Shown one piece after another: positions 55,936 through 64,000 of a stretch of 64,000 nt of DNA (its first letter is position 1; each line of letters opens with the position of its first letter). A model generated the notes under the pieces. That model was given only the letters and a program-made list of their open reading frames with translations, did no database searches and was not told where the DNA came from. The stretch spans positions 273,258-337,257 of the forward strand of contig JBKJIT010000003.1 of NCBI GenBank assembly GCA_046598345.1. Direction: 5' to 3'. The position numbers were made by a program, and so were the translations under genes. The stretch comes from Minisyncoccia bacterium. GTDB lineage: Bacteria > Patescibacteriota > Minisyncoccia > Phycocordibacterales > UBA918.

Positions 55936-58269
55936 TTACTTCATTACACTCACTGATGCAGTTCCACTATTTCCTCGCGCATCATATGCTTTTGCAGTAA
56001 TGGTATGAGAGCCTCCTGTAATCTTTCTGTGCTGGAAGCGGTAGCTATACGGAGCTGAAGTATCAGACCCTATCAGTGCATCATCAAGATAAAACTCTAC
56101 TTTCTTAACGCCTACATTATCTGAGGCAGTTGCAGAGAGTGTGTAGCTTTGACCAGTGAGTATCGCTCCATCAAGTGGTTGTGCTATCTGCACAACGGGT
56201 GCTGTAATATCCGCACTGTATACGATGTAAGTAGCTCCTGCAGAACCCTCGAGGCCGTTCCACGTTCCTTTTACGGTGAATGGGTACGAACCATCTCCTG
56301 TGCCACTGAGGGGAGAAACCACGAGCGAGGTGGTTGCCGTAGCACCCGACTGCAAAGTTGCAGAATTGGGAGAAAAGACGCCATTCCATCCTATAGGCAA
56401 TATAGATGAGAGGGCTATCATTGCTGGTTCGCAACTAGCAGAATTGGTGTTCTCTACACTTACACTGTACGTTGCGTTCCCGCTTCCCTGACCACTTTGA
56501 CTTCCTGGTGTAATGGTGACGAGGGGACTTCGTTGGGTGCAGGCAGGTGTACCAAAGGCAACTTCCACAGTCGCACCAGACGCACCTTCTGAGATTGTGG
56601 TGAATGTAAGTCCTGCGAGTGGATCACTATATGTTTGTCCGACGTCAAGAATCCAGTCAGAGGCAGAACTCTGATCAAGTTCGACGAGAGATACTGATGA
56701 GGGGGATGTTGGGCGCGCTGTGTGGAGGATGACTGCTTTCGCTACACTACCATCAAACCCAAGACCCGCACGGTACTCAAGATAGTAATACGTATTGGTG
56801 AGCGAATCTTTAAGCACTTTAAATCCTTTGACAGAGCCGTCTGCAGTTTCATAGGGTGAGAGGGTGTATGCGCCACTCTCGGTCACGGTTTGGAGAGGGG
56901 GAGATATACGATAATTCAACCAACCCAAACGCTCCTTTTGAAATGCATTAAAGTGGGCGCTTCCTCGACCCATGATGTCGAACCCATCTCCGTACTCCCA
57001 ATCACTACATGTCTGACCATCACAAGGAAGGGCGCGTGAGTGATAGAGACCAAAGTTGTGTCCCATTTCGTGGCCAATGACTGGAAGTGTGAAGCCCCAT
57101 TTTGCATGAATCCATGAATCCGAAGGAGTACCCCCTACCATTCCCATACCCCACCACGAACACGTGTTTTGAGGGAACGCATACACAAAGCGACTGTAGT
57201 TTGAAAGGGAGTACCCGGCTTTTGTAGCTTCCTGTTTTGCGTATGTCCTAATTGCAGCATAATCACACACAGAACTTTGAAGTGGAATCGTGTGCCAACC
57301 CGTTACATCGGCTGCATTTCCAACTGGAGTAGTGGCCAGGAGGGACGTTTGACCGTACGAATTTTCAAAATCAAAGTCACTGGTCGTTTTCATTGCAGTC
57401 TGTGCTTCTGCTTGTGTAAATGGCTGTGACGAAGGAGCATCACTAAAGTTCACCAAAATGACAAGTGTTTTAAGTTGACCCGTCGTATTCGCAAGGACTG
57501 TTGGTGTGCTCCCGAGGAGAGAAACTTGTGATTCCCCGAGCGCAGCAAAGGTGTCATCAATGCGCACTCCTTTAATGCGCACATGGTCTCCTGTAGTGAG
57601 CGCAGGAGCTTTCTCTCCAAAATATACAGCAACTTTTTTTCCATTCGTGTCAGTAAGGTTGTAGAGAAATTGTGATTTCTTTTCATGTACTTTTTCATGC
57701 TGCGGTCCCATTCCATCAATCCCATCTACATGGAAAACCTCAACTGTTCCTTCAATTTCTTCCTCTATTTCAAGAAATGCTTGGATTTCTGAGGGCATCT
57801 GTGCAGCAACTGAAGCGGGGAGGATGCTAAGGAGTGGAGAGAGATTTGGTTTTGGAAGTCCTTGTGCGGTGATTGCACTTGCGTGCTGAGTTTCATCCTC
57901 GAGGATATCGGTTGAATCAAATATCGTAATCTCCGCAAGAAGTAGTGCTTTACGCTCTTCAGCAATGCGCGTGGCTTTTGCAAGTAGCATCTCTCGTTCA
58001 GAGCCTGTCGCGATACTGTACTCTCCCACTGTGACGAGGAGCTCGTTCGTGAGGGATTCAAGTGTGGATGCCTGCTGTATTGTTACAGGAAAGATCGAAA
58101 AGGACATATCCTCAGTCGAAATATCAGAAATGATGCTCACGACCGCGGTTGTAACAAGGACACCGACTACAATGAGCGCAAGCACATGGTGGAAGCTCCG
58201 TCGCGGATCGCGGTGATATTTGCAGTAGGGGGTGTGCCGTGGTTTTGGTTGTAAGTCTGAATCCTTCAT
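55936..58269 (-). CDS. Membrane-anchored zinc metallopeptidase (M6/M11-like) with C-terminal Ig-like domains
   Basis: HEMGHNFGLYH, EYGD..DIMG, HFNAFQKERLGWL; C-terminal ASDNVGVKKVEFYLD...AYDARGN. Confidence 0.82.
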   Translation of the reverse strand: MKDSDLQPKPRHTPYCKYHRDPRRSFHHVLALIVVGVLVTTAVVSIISDISTEDMSFSIFPVTIQQASTLESLTNELLVTVGEYSIATGSEREMLLAKATRIAEERKALLLAEITIFDSTDILEDETQHASAITAQGLPKPNLSPLLSILPASVAAQMPSEIQAFLEIEEEIEGTVEVFHVDGIDGMGPQHEKVHEKKSQFLYNLTDTNGKKVAVYFGEKAPALTTGDHVRIKGVRIDDTFAALGESQVSLLGSTPTVLANTTGQLKTLVILVNFSDAPSSQPFTQAEAQTAMKTTSDFDFENSYGQTSLLATTPVGNAADVTGWHTIPLQSSVCDYAAIRTYAKQEATKAGYSLSNYSRFVYAFPQNTCSWWGMGMVGGTPSDSWIHAKWGFTLPVIGHEMGHNFGLYHSRALPCDGQTCSDWEYGDGFDIMGRGSAHFNAFQKERLGWLNYRISPPLQTVTESGAYTLSPYETADGSVKGFKVLKDSLTNTYYYLEYRAGLGFDGSVAKAVILHTARPTSPSSVSLVELDQSSASDWILDVGQTYSDPLAGLTFTTISEGASGATVEVAFGTPACTQRSPLVTITPGSQSGQGSGNATYSVSVENTNSASCEPAMIALSSILPIGWNGVFSPNSATLQSGATATTSLVVSPLSGTGDGSYPFTVKGTWNGLEGSAGATYIVYSADITAPVVQIAQPLDGAILTGQSYTLSATASDNVGVKKVEFYLDDALIGSDTSAPYSYRFQHRKITGGSHTITAKAYDARGNSGTASVSVMK

Positions 58270-58397
58270 GACAAATACATTATAAGTAAATCGCTCTTAT
58301 AGTATACGGGACGCACCTCTCTGTTTTTGTCCTGTGCACAGATTATGAAGATAAAAAATGCCGCCCGTATTCTCGGGCGGCTCTGATGACTTACCCT

Positions 58398-58727
58398 TCA
58401 GTGCACAAAGAGCGGAATGTAGATCGTCACTTTGTCCTCACTGCAAGCGCGGAAGCGACAGCTTTGGATTTCGGCCACGTGCACAACAAAGTTGAGCGAC
58501 ACGTCTTCCCCGGTATCTTTTTGGTAGCCGTGGAGCATGTAGGTGCCGTACTCGCCTTCCGTCATGGTGAACGGTCCCTGGAGTTCCCACATGAGTGCGT
58601 AGTACCGCTTTGTCTTGTTCTCACAAACCCAGACCGTCTCGGGGTGCATTGAAGTGTGTGCACGGAGTGCTCCAATGTGATCTGCACCTACTGCATGATG
58701 CGTTCTCTGAAGTGTTTCAGCATCCAT
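58398..58727 (-). CDS. Hypothetical protein
   Basis: AGGAGG SD before MDAETLQ. Confidence 0.6.
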   Translation of the reverse strand: MDAETLQRTHHAVGADHIGALRAHTSMHPETVWVCENKTKRYYALMWELQGPFTMTEGEYGTYMLHGYQKDTGEDVSLNFVVHVAEIQSCRFRACSEDKVTIYIPLFVH

Positions 58728-58969
58728 GAAATTCCTCCTGTTCTGTAGTGGATTGTCCGTTACCACTTTAGCATCTTTGGTTCTGAGTTCAATAGACCTT
58801 AGATCCAATTTTGATAGAAAAACCACGTGTGTCTAAGGAATTCGGACTGATGGATATTCCTCTTTATATGTAATACAGCTGTGCGTGCCGTGGATGAGCC
58901 GAAAAAATACCTTCATTCGTATGTCATAATAGTTTTAGGCTTATTACTATAACCCTATACTAATTTAAT

Positions 58970-61513
58970 ATGCTGTTGCTACTAACTATTGGTTTCTTAT
59001 ATCTCTTTTTCTCGCACACCAATTTAAGTACAAAAGTTCGAGAGCTTGAAGAAAAGATTGCTCGAGAAAAGCGAAGTGTGGCGCCACAAGCGGTACAGCA
59101 GAGCGGGATACCACCTATACAAGTAGCGCAATCAGCGTCGGTGTCTCCTAGTGTGGCGCCTACCTCCGCTCCAACTCGGCTCGACCCTATTATACCTCTA
59201 CAGACACCTCAAGCTGTGCCTCAGCCTCACGTTCCTACTCCACCAAATCCCCTCATTGAGTGGCTTTCTGAAAATACACTCATCAAAATTGGGGCACTCT
59301 TGTTTTTCCTCGGAGCGGTATGGTTTGTGAGCTATGCTATTTCGGAGGGGTGGATTAGCCTACTCATGCGTATTCTTCTTGGCATCTCGCTCGGTATCGG
59401 AGTATTGGCTGTGGGGTGGTGGCGAAGGAACGTGGAGGAAGAGCAGTATCTTGTTCTCACAACTCTTGGAGTGGGGATTATCATTGCGAGCATCTACGCT
59501 GGGCAATTCTTGTACAAGCTGTTTCCGATCTCATTTGCGCTTTCTCTTGTCATTCTGACGATTGCCTATGCCGTGTGGGTGAGTGTGCAGGCAAAGCGTG
59601 AGTGGCTCTGCGTACTCGCAGCCGTCGCTGCACTCACTGCGCCAATTCTTGTAAACGCTTCCATAACAGTTCCGTCGCTCTTCCTTTTGTACCTACTCGC
59701 GGTAACGTGCGCATTCCTCGGTGTGGTTTTTCTCACAAACTGGCGAACGGTGACCCTGGCACTACTCGTAGGTACCAGTTTCTTTCTCTGGGCAGTATTT
59801 CTACAGGAAAGAATGCAACCCGGAATGCTCTGGCTCTTCGTAATTGTATTTACGCTTGTGTTTTACGTAGCAAGTTCGGTGAGTATGTATCGGAATAATA
59901 AAGTCGCGAGCGTAGACATTCTTACCCTGGGTATTTCAATCGTTGCCTTTGTGGGGTGGACCCACGCGCTTGTCGTCATTGATGGGCTTGCAACATTTGT
60001 CGCTGCTCTCATTACCTGTCTGACCGGATACATGCTCTATGCAGCAGGGAAGTCAGAGAAATTAGTCAGTGTGTATGCTGGCATGTCCACGATCCTTCTT
60101 CTTGTTGCGACCGCGTTCACCTTCGAAGGATACACGCTCACCATGGTGTATACGCTTGAGGTGGCTGTGGCACTCATGCTCTCAATGCATTTGCGACTTC
60201 CTCAAAAAGCCACCATTCTTACCGCATGTGCTTTTGCATTACCGCTGCTTACATCCACGTACGATATTATTGCGCCCGAGTGGAATGTAGGTGTCACTCA
60301 TGGTTCAGCAATAGCGATATACACGATCGTCCTCGCGACCGCTCTGGTGAGCATGTACGCAATTTCCCAATCAAGGAAGACAAACGAATCACTGTACCAA
60401 GCGATTGGTGGAGTATTCGGATTTGTATTCTGGCTGTACGCATGTCTCTGTGCTTGGCTCGTCTGGGGCAGTCTTTTCTCGGGAGGGGCAGCGCTCACGC
60501 TGCAATACGTTTCGTGGGCGGTCATAAGTGTACTCATGCTCACGTACGTGGTTGGAATGCGACTCCCGTCCGCATGGCAGAGCTTAGTGTTAGTCAGTTT
60601 TGTTCTACCGCTCCTTGTCTCTATCAATTCAATCTGGGATGTGTCCTGGAAAACGTCGGCGAGCCACCCAGCGGCGTTCGGGTTGTACTTCATGACACTT
60701 CTCACCCTAGGTCTTGCATTGTGGGGAATCGGGAGGGGACTTCGTGCTACTGAAAAAGACACGCTCCTCATGGGAGGTGGATGGATGATTATATTTTGGT
60801 TGTATGCACTCACGACACTTTCACTTCTGTGGAGTGCAATATTTCAGGATCTGGAAATCGCCAATGTCCTTCGCTATGTGTCGTGGGGTCTTGTGAGTTA
60901 TGCACTCGTTCAAGGCGCGCTGCATTTCCGTGTACCGACCACTTGGCTCGTCACTGCACTTCTCTCGTTCACGCTGCCGGTCCTTGCATCATTGTCGTCA
61001 TTTACGAGCTACGCGTGGGCTGGTTCCTTCACGCATGCAGCAGCAATTGGTCTCTATACCCTCACTACACTCTTGCTGCTTACCGCACTTTCTCTTTCTC
61101 GCAATCGTGTGGCGTATCATGGAGATCAGGTACTTCTCACGGCTTCAATTCCGCCACTTTGGGTACTCACCGGGTTATACCTCATCGCACTCGTATGGCG
61201 TATTGCGCATGCTGTTTTTCTTTCGCCGGACGTCGCTGTTTCAGTGGCACTCTTCGTGTACACCGTTACGGGCCTCGCACTCTATTCTTTGGGAAAATCG
61301 CACCACATGGAACATATTCGGTATGCGGGGGTCTTGTTACTAGGGGGAGTGGTCGCACGCCTTCTCATTATTGATGTCTGGAATATGGAGATGCTCGGCC
61401 GAATTGTGACCTTCCTCGGAGTAGGGTTCCTGTTCATTCTTACTGCGCTCTTCGAAAAACCATTTAAGAAAGTAGACAATGAGGAAAAACCTGCTGGTGA
61501 GAATCTGCAGTAG
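58970..61513 (+). CDS. DUF2339-like large multi-TM membrane protein
   Basis: WLSENTLIKIGALLFFLGAVWFVSYAI..GWI; C-terminal RLLIIDVW.M..LGRIVTFLGVG. Confidence 0.82.
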   Translation: MLLLLTIGFLYLFFSHTNLSTKVRELEEKIAREKRSVAPQAVQQSGIPPIQVAQSASVSPSVAPTSAPTRLDPIIPLQTPQAVPQPHVPTPPNPLIEWLSENTLIKIGALLFFLGAVWFVSYAISEGWISLLMRILLGISLGIGVLAVGWWRRNVEEEQYLVLTTLGVGIIIASIYAGQFLYKLFPISFALSLVILTIAYAVWVSVQAKREWLCVLAAVAALTAPILVNASITVPSLFLLYLLAVTCAFLGVVFLTNWRTVTLALLVGTSFFLWAVFLQERMQPGMLWLFVIVFTLVFYVASSVSMYRNNKVASVDILTLGISIVAFVGWTHALVVIDGLATFVAALITCLTGYMLYAAGKSEKLVSVYAGMSTILLLVATAFTFEGYTLTMVYTLEVAVALMLSMHLRLPQKATILTACAFALPLLTSTYDIIAPEWNVGVTHGSAIAIYTIVLATALVSMYAISQSRKTNESLYQAIGGVFGFVFWLYACLCAWLVWGSLFSGGAALTLQYVSWAVISVLMLTYVVGMRLPSAWQSLVLVSFVLPLLVSINSIWDVSWKTSASHPAAFGLYFMTLLTLGLALWGIGRGLRATEKDTLLMGGGWMIIFWLYALTTLSLLWSAIFQDLEIANVLRYVSWGLVSYALVQGALHFRVPTTWLVTALLSFTLPVLASLSSFTSYAWAGSFTHAAAIGLYTLTTLLLLTALSLSRNRVAYHGDQVLLTASIPPLWVLTGLYLIALVWRIAHAVFLSPDVAVSVALFVYTVTGLALYSLGKSHHMEHIRYAGVLLLGGVVARLLIIDVWNMEMLGRIVTFLGVGFLFILTALFEKPFKKVDNEEKPAGENLQ

Positions 61514-61592
61514 GTTTTATTGGCAGGATAATCGCACATAAACGAAAAACAGCTCCAGCGACGGAACTGTTTCCGTACACTGAAGCTGTACC

Positions 61593-62030
61593 TTACTTCG
61601 CGGGCATCCAAACCCAGAACAAACCTACCGGAACCATCATTACCCGTCCTTTTCTGAGCATGGCCGATAGACTGGTAAATTTCATGGCTCCCCGAGCACC
61701 TAGGATGTTGAAAAATGCTAATGCAAATAGCACACCGAAGGTATCGAAACTCATCCACCCAAAGTATGTTTGGAAACCGTCATCAACGAGAGTAGTAAAC
61801 CACTGCAAGGTAAATAGATCGATCACCGGGAAGGCAAGCAAAAACCAGGCGCCACCAGAGGCATACGAGAAGATCTCAAACGCAATGATTTCTCGGCTGC
61901 CTGCTAGTCTGTTTATGATAGCTGTGGATCTCTCAATCCCGTGTGTACGTTTGAGATAAACATAGAAAATCAGAAGAGCTGCAGTAACTACGGAATATAG
62001 ACTTGCAAAGAAGCAGACAAAGAAAAACAT
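61593..62030 (-). CDS. Hypothetical membrane protein
   Basis: AGGAG SD; several hydrophobic helices. Confidence 0.6.
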   Translation of the reverse strand: MFFFVCFFASLYSVVTAALLIFYVYLKRTHGIERSTAIINRLAGSREIIAFEIFSYASGGAWFLLAFPVIDLFTLQWFTTLVDDGFQTYFGWMSFDTFGVLFALAFFNILGARGAMKFTSLSAMLRKGRVMMVPVGLFWVWMPAK

Positions 62031-62281
62031 TTTTTCTCCTGTTCAGGGTTGTGGGGTGAGTCGTAGAATTCAAAAAGCTACCTTGCTCTTAGTATTAAAT
62101 CATTTTTTTTTTATAAAAGTCAATAACGTTGAACCTCAAATCCCGTCTCACTAAAAAAGCCTTGTAAAACAAGACTTTTCCAAGTGTGCGCCGAACTGGA
62201 GACGGTTTAAACCTCATGTTAATTTAAAACGAAAAGAGGTCTATAAGAAGACGGGGTTTAACTCACCCGAAACCCTGGGTT

Positions 62282-63811
62282 CTATTCCAGATAGCGGTCT
62301 GCTTCAGAAAAATCATCCCATCCTTCTTCCGCCTCACCGCCTCGTTGTATAGCATCAATCCCTTCCGCGTATTCATCAACCTCTATTCTCCATTGGTCAA
62401 CACCTTTCTGTACTCTGCCGCTTTTAATCTTTTCACAATTTTCTACGACTTCCGGCTGGCTTCTAGCACTTGCAAACAGGGGATCGTCGAGCAAGTCACA
62501 GAGTCCATCGCCAAACTGAACCATCTTGTCCATATTTCCACCCATGGTGTCACCAAATTTTTTCAAGCCTGCTTCATCGAAGGACTCGATACCAACCATG
62601 CTCGTTACACCAACCCCAAGCATTTCCATGATAACTGTTGAATTGTGTCGTAAGAGGGGATCTGTACTTGCGGTGTCTTCACGAACGCGTCCAGTGGAAT
62701 CATCGAGTGTTAAACTCGCAATAATATCATCGGAAAGTCGACTTGCGATTTCTGCTCCTGCGCTCCCAGTATCGTCAAGTCCGAGTGCTTGCATTTGCTG
62801 CAATACTTCAACTGCATCAATAAGCGGACGATCTGCCTCCCTGTCCACCAACCGAGCGCGTTCAAGGAGGAGCTTCTCTGCTCGAATTCTGCATGTCTCC
62901 TCCACAGCGGTATACCCGCCTGCGGCAGCAGCTTGCATAGCAATCATGGCGTCTTCATAGGTTGTTTGAGGAAGGTTGCAGCGAAATTGCAAATATCCAT
63001 CGAAAAGTTCATAGGCATGCGCTTTAGAAATCAGACTTACGCTATCACTGAGACTCTCTTCAAGCTTAATAGCCAAATAGAGTTCATTTAACTCAGGTTC
63101 TTCTTGATTCAAAACTAGGGCAACTTCTTCTTTTAGTAGTTTTGTTTCTTTTGCAGTTAAATCTGTAAGATTAGTAAGTCCAGCGTCGAGCGTAGTGAGT
63201 CTGTCATCTCCTTGCGAAAGAGTTTCTTTTGCAGCGGCAGTTCCGAGTGTTGCGTCATCACTCACTCCGTACCAACCGCCGGTAGTAATCAAACCAGGCA
63301 TATAGTTTTTCACAACGAGTGCACGTTGTGTGGCGGCAAGTCCTATTTCACCCGTGTCGCTGTGATAGCTGAGCACATATGGTCTTGTTTTGTACGCCTT
63401 GCTTTCAGCTAAGCGCCAGTTAAATGAGAGGGTAACCGGTTTGGTAAACGCAATATTCTCAGGTTCAACTTTTACACCCGACCGTAGGCCTGTTGTGCTC
63501 GGTTTGAGTGGTGTAAGGGTAATTTCCGTATCAACTGCTAGGGCGCCAGCAGGGACTTTCAAAACAGTAACGATGCCGTTTTCGTCAACTGCTCGCACGA
63601 TGCCACCTTCTGTGGCTGTGATACGCGCTGATTGTGCAAGGCCTTCATGTAAAGCTGGCTCCGAGATTTTAGAAATAGCTTTCGAGGGTGATTGTAAGGC
63701 GCCAGACGAGTAGCTTTGATACAAAAACCACACAGCTCCGACTACGAGTATGACTCCAATTCCTATAAAGATTTTCTTACGCCCACCAGTGCTCGAATTT
63801 TGCATACCCAA
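62282..63811 (-). CDS. Membrane-anchored protein with ZU5-like N-terminal domain
   Basis: TM, then ITATEGG..LKVPAGAL..EITLTP..VEPENIAFTKPVTL; helical C-terminus. Confidence 0.65.
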   Translation of the reverse strand: MGMQNSSTGGRKKIFIGIGVILVVGAVWFLYQSYSSGALQSPSKAISKISEPALHEGLAQSARITATEGGIVRAVDENGIVTVLKVPAGALAVDTEITLTPLKPSTTGLRSGVKVEPENIAFTKPVTLSFNWRLAESKAYKTRPYVLSYHSDTGEIGLAATQRALVVKNYMPGLITTGGWYGVSDDATLGTAAAKETLSQGDDRLTTLDAGLTNLTDLTAKETKLLKEEVALVLNQEEPELNELYLAIKLEESLSDSVSLISKAHAYELFDGYLQFRCNLPQTTYEDAMIAMQAAAAGGYTAVEETCRIRAEKLLLERARLVDREADRPLIDAVEVLQQMQALGLDDTGSAGAEIASRLSDDIIASLTLDDSTGRVREDTASTDPLLRHNSTVIMEMLGVGVTSMVGIESFDEAGLKKFGDTMGGNMDKMVQFGDGLCDLLDDPLFASARSQPEVVENCEKIKSGRVQKGVDQWRIEVDEYAEGIDAIQRGGEAEEGWDDFSEADRYLE

Positions 63812-64000
63812 TTAACGCTAATATGTTAGTGAATTAATAAGAATCTAATTCAGTATACAAGATGCCCTCATCAAAAAATGCTCACAGTGGGTAATACAGC
63901 AGTCGAAATAGGTATATTGAGAGGGGGAGGAAAAACGCCCAAGATTGAATATTTGAGCTGATATACTTATGAAGAACTCTATAGTAGATAAATTTTTACA

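Noticed and set aside
1-64000. Alternative genetic code 25 (TGA=Gly) as in Gracilibacteria/Absconditabacteria
   Set aside because: Conserved genes translate full-length in code 11 and several end at TGA (for example tsaD, the cysteine desulfurase and the methyltransferase).

Overview
This 64-kb window is bacterial DNA in genetic code 11 (TGA is used as a stop). It very probably comes from a Patescibacteria/CPR (Parcubacteria-like) genome. That assignment is an inference from the short IF2, the ValRS lacking its C-terminal coiled coil, the CPR-type pilin cluster after gyrA and the core gene order ftsA-ftsZ/ybeY/rpsU/lepB/pth/rpsA. The window holds housekeeping genes (murJ, lepA, valS, tsaD, trxB, ftsZ, ftsA, ybeY, rpsU, lepB, pth, rpsA, gyrA, trhO, rbfA, infB, a cysteine desulfurase, clpB), 9 tRNA genes, a small defence-like island (MmeI-type R-M, DUF5678/retropepsin pair, NYN) and several orphans. 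The main finding is non-coding. A family of roughly 130-330 bp structured inserts sits at the ends of essential genes (ftsZ, lepA, tRNA-Phe, -Val, -Glu, -Ser, -Leu, -Cys). Each insert typically has an antisense copy of the host gene end, then conserved hairpin modules, then a second sense copy of that gene end. At ftsZ the second copy is synonymously recoded ([11 protein letters not shown], 11 of 36 nt different). At the tRNAs the copy resumes at the same T-loop position. At the Cys/Leu cluster the two trailing copies are reciprocally swapped, which points to an inversion. A second family of about 110 bp palindromes follows murJ, valS, trxB, ftsA and gyrA. No enzyme that could mobilise either family is recognisable in the window. 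All alignments were made by eye and no database search was run.
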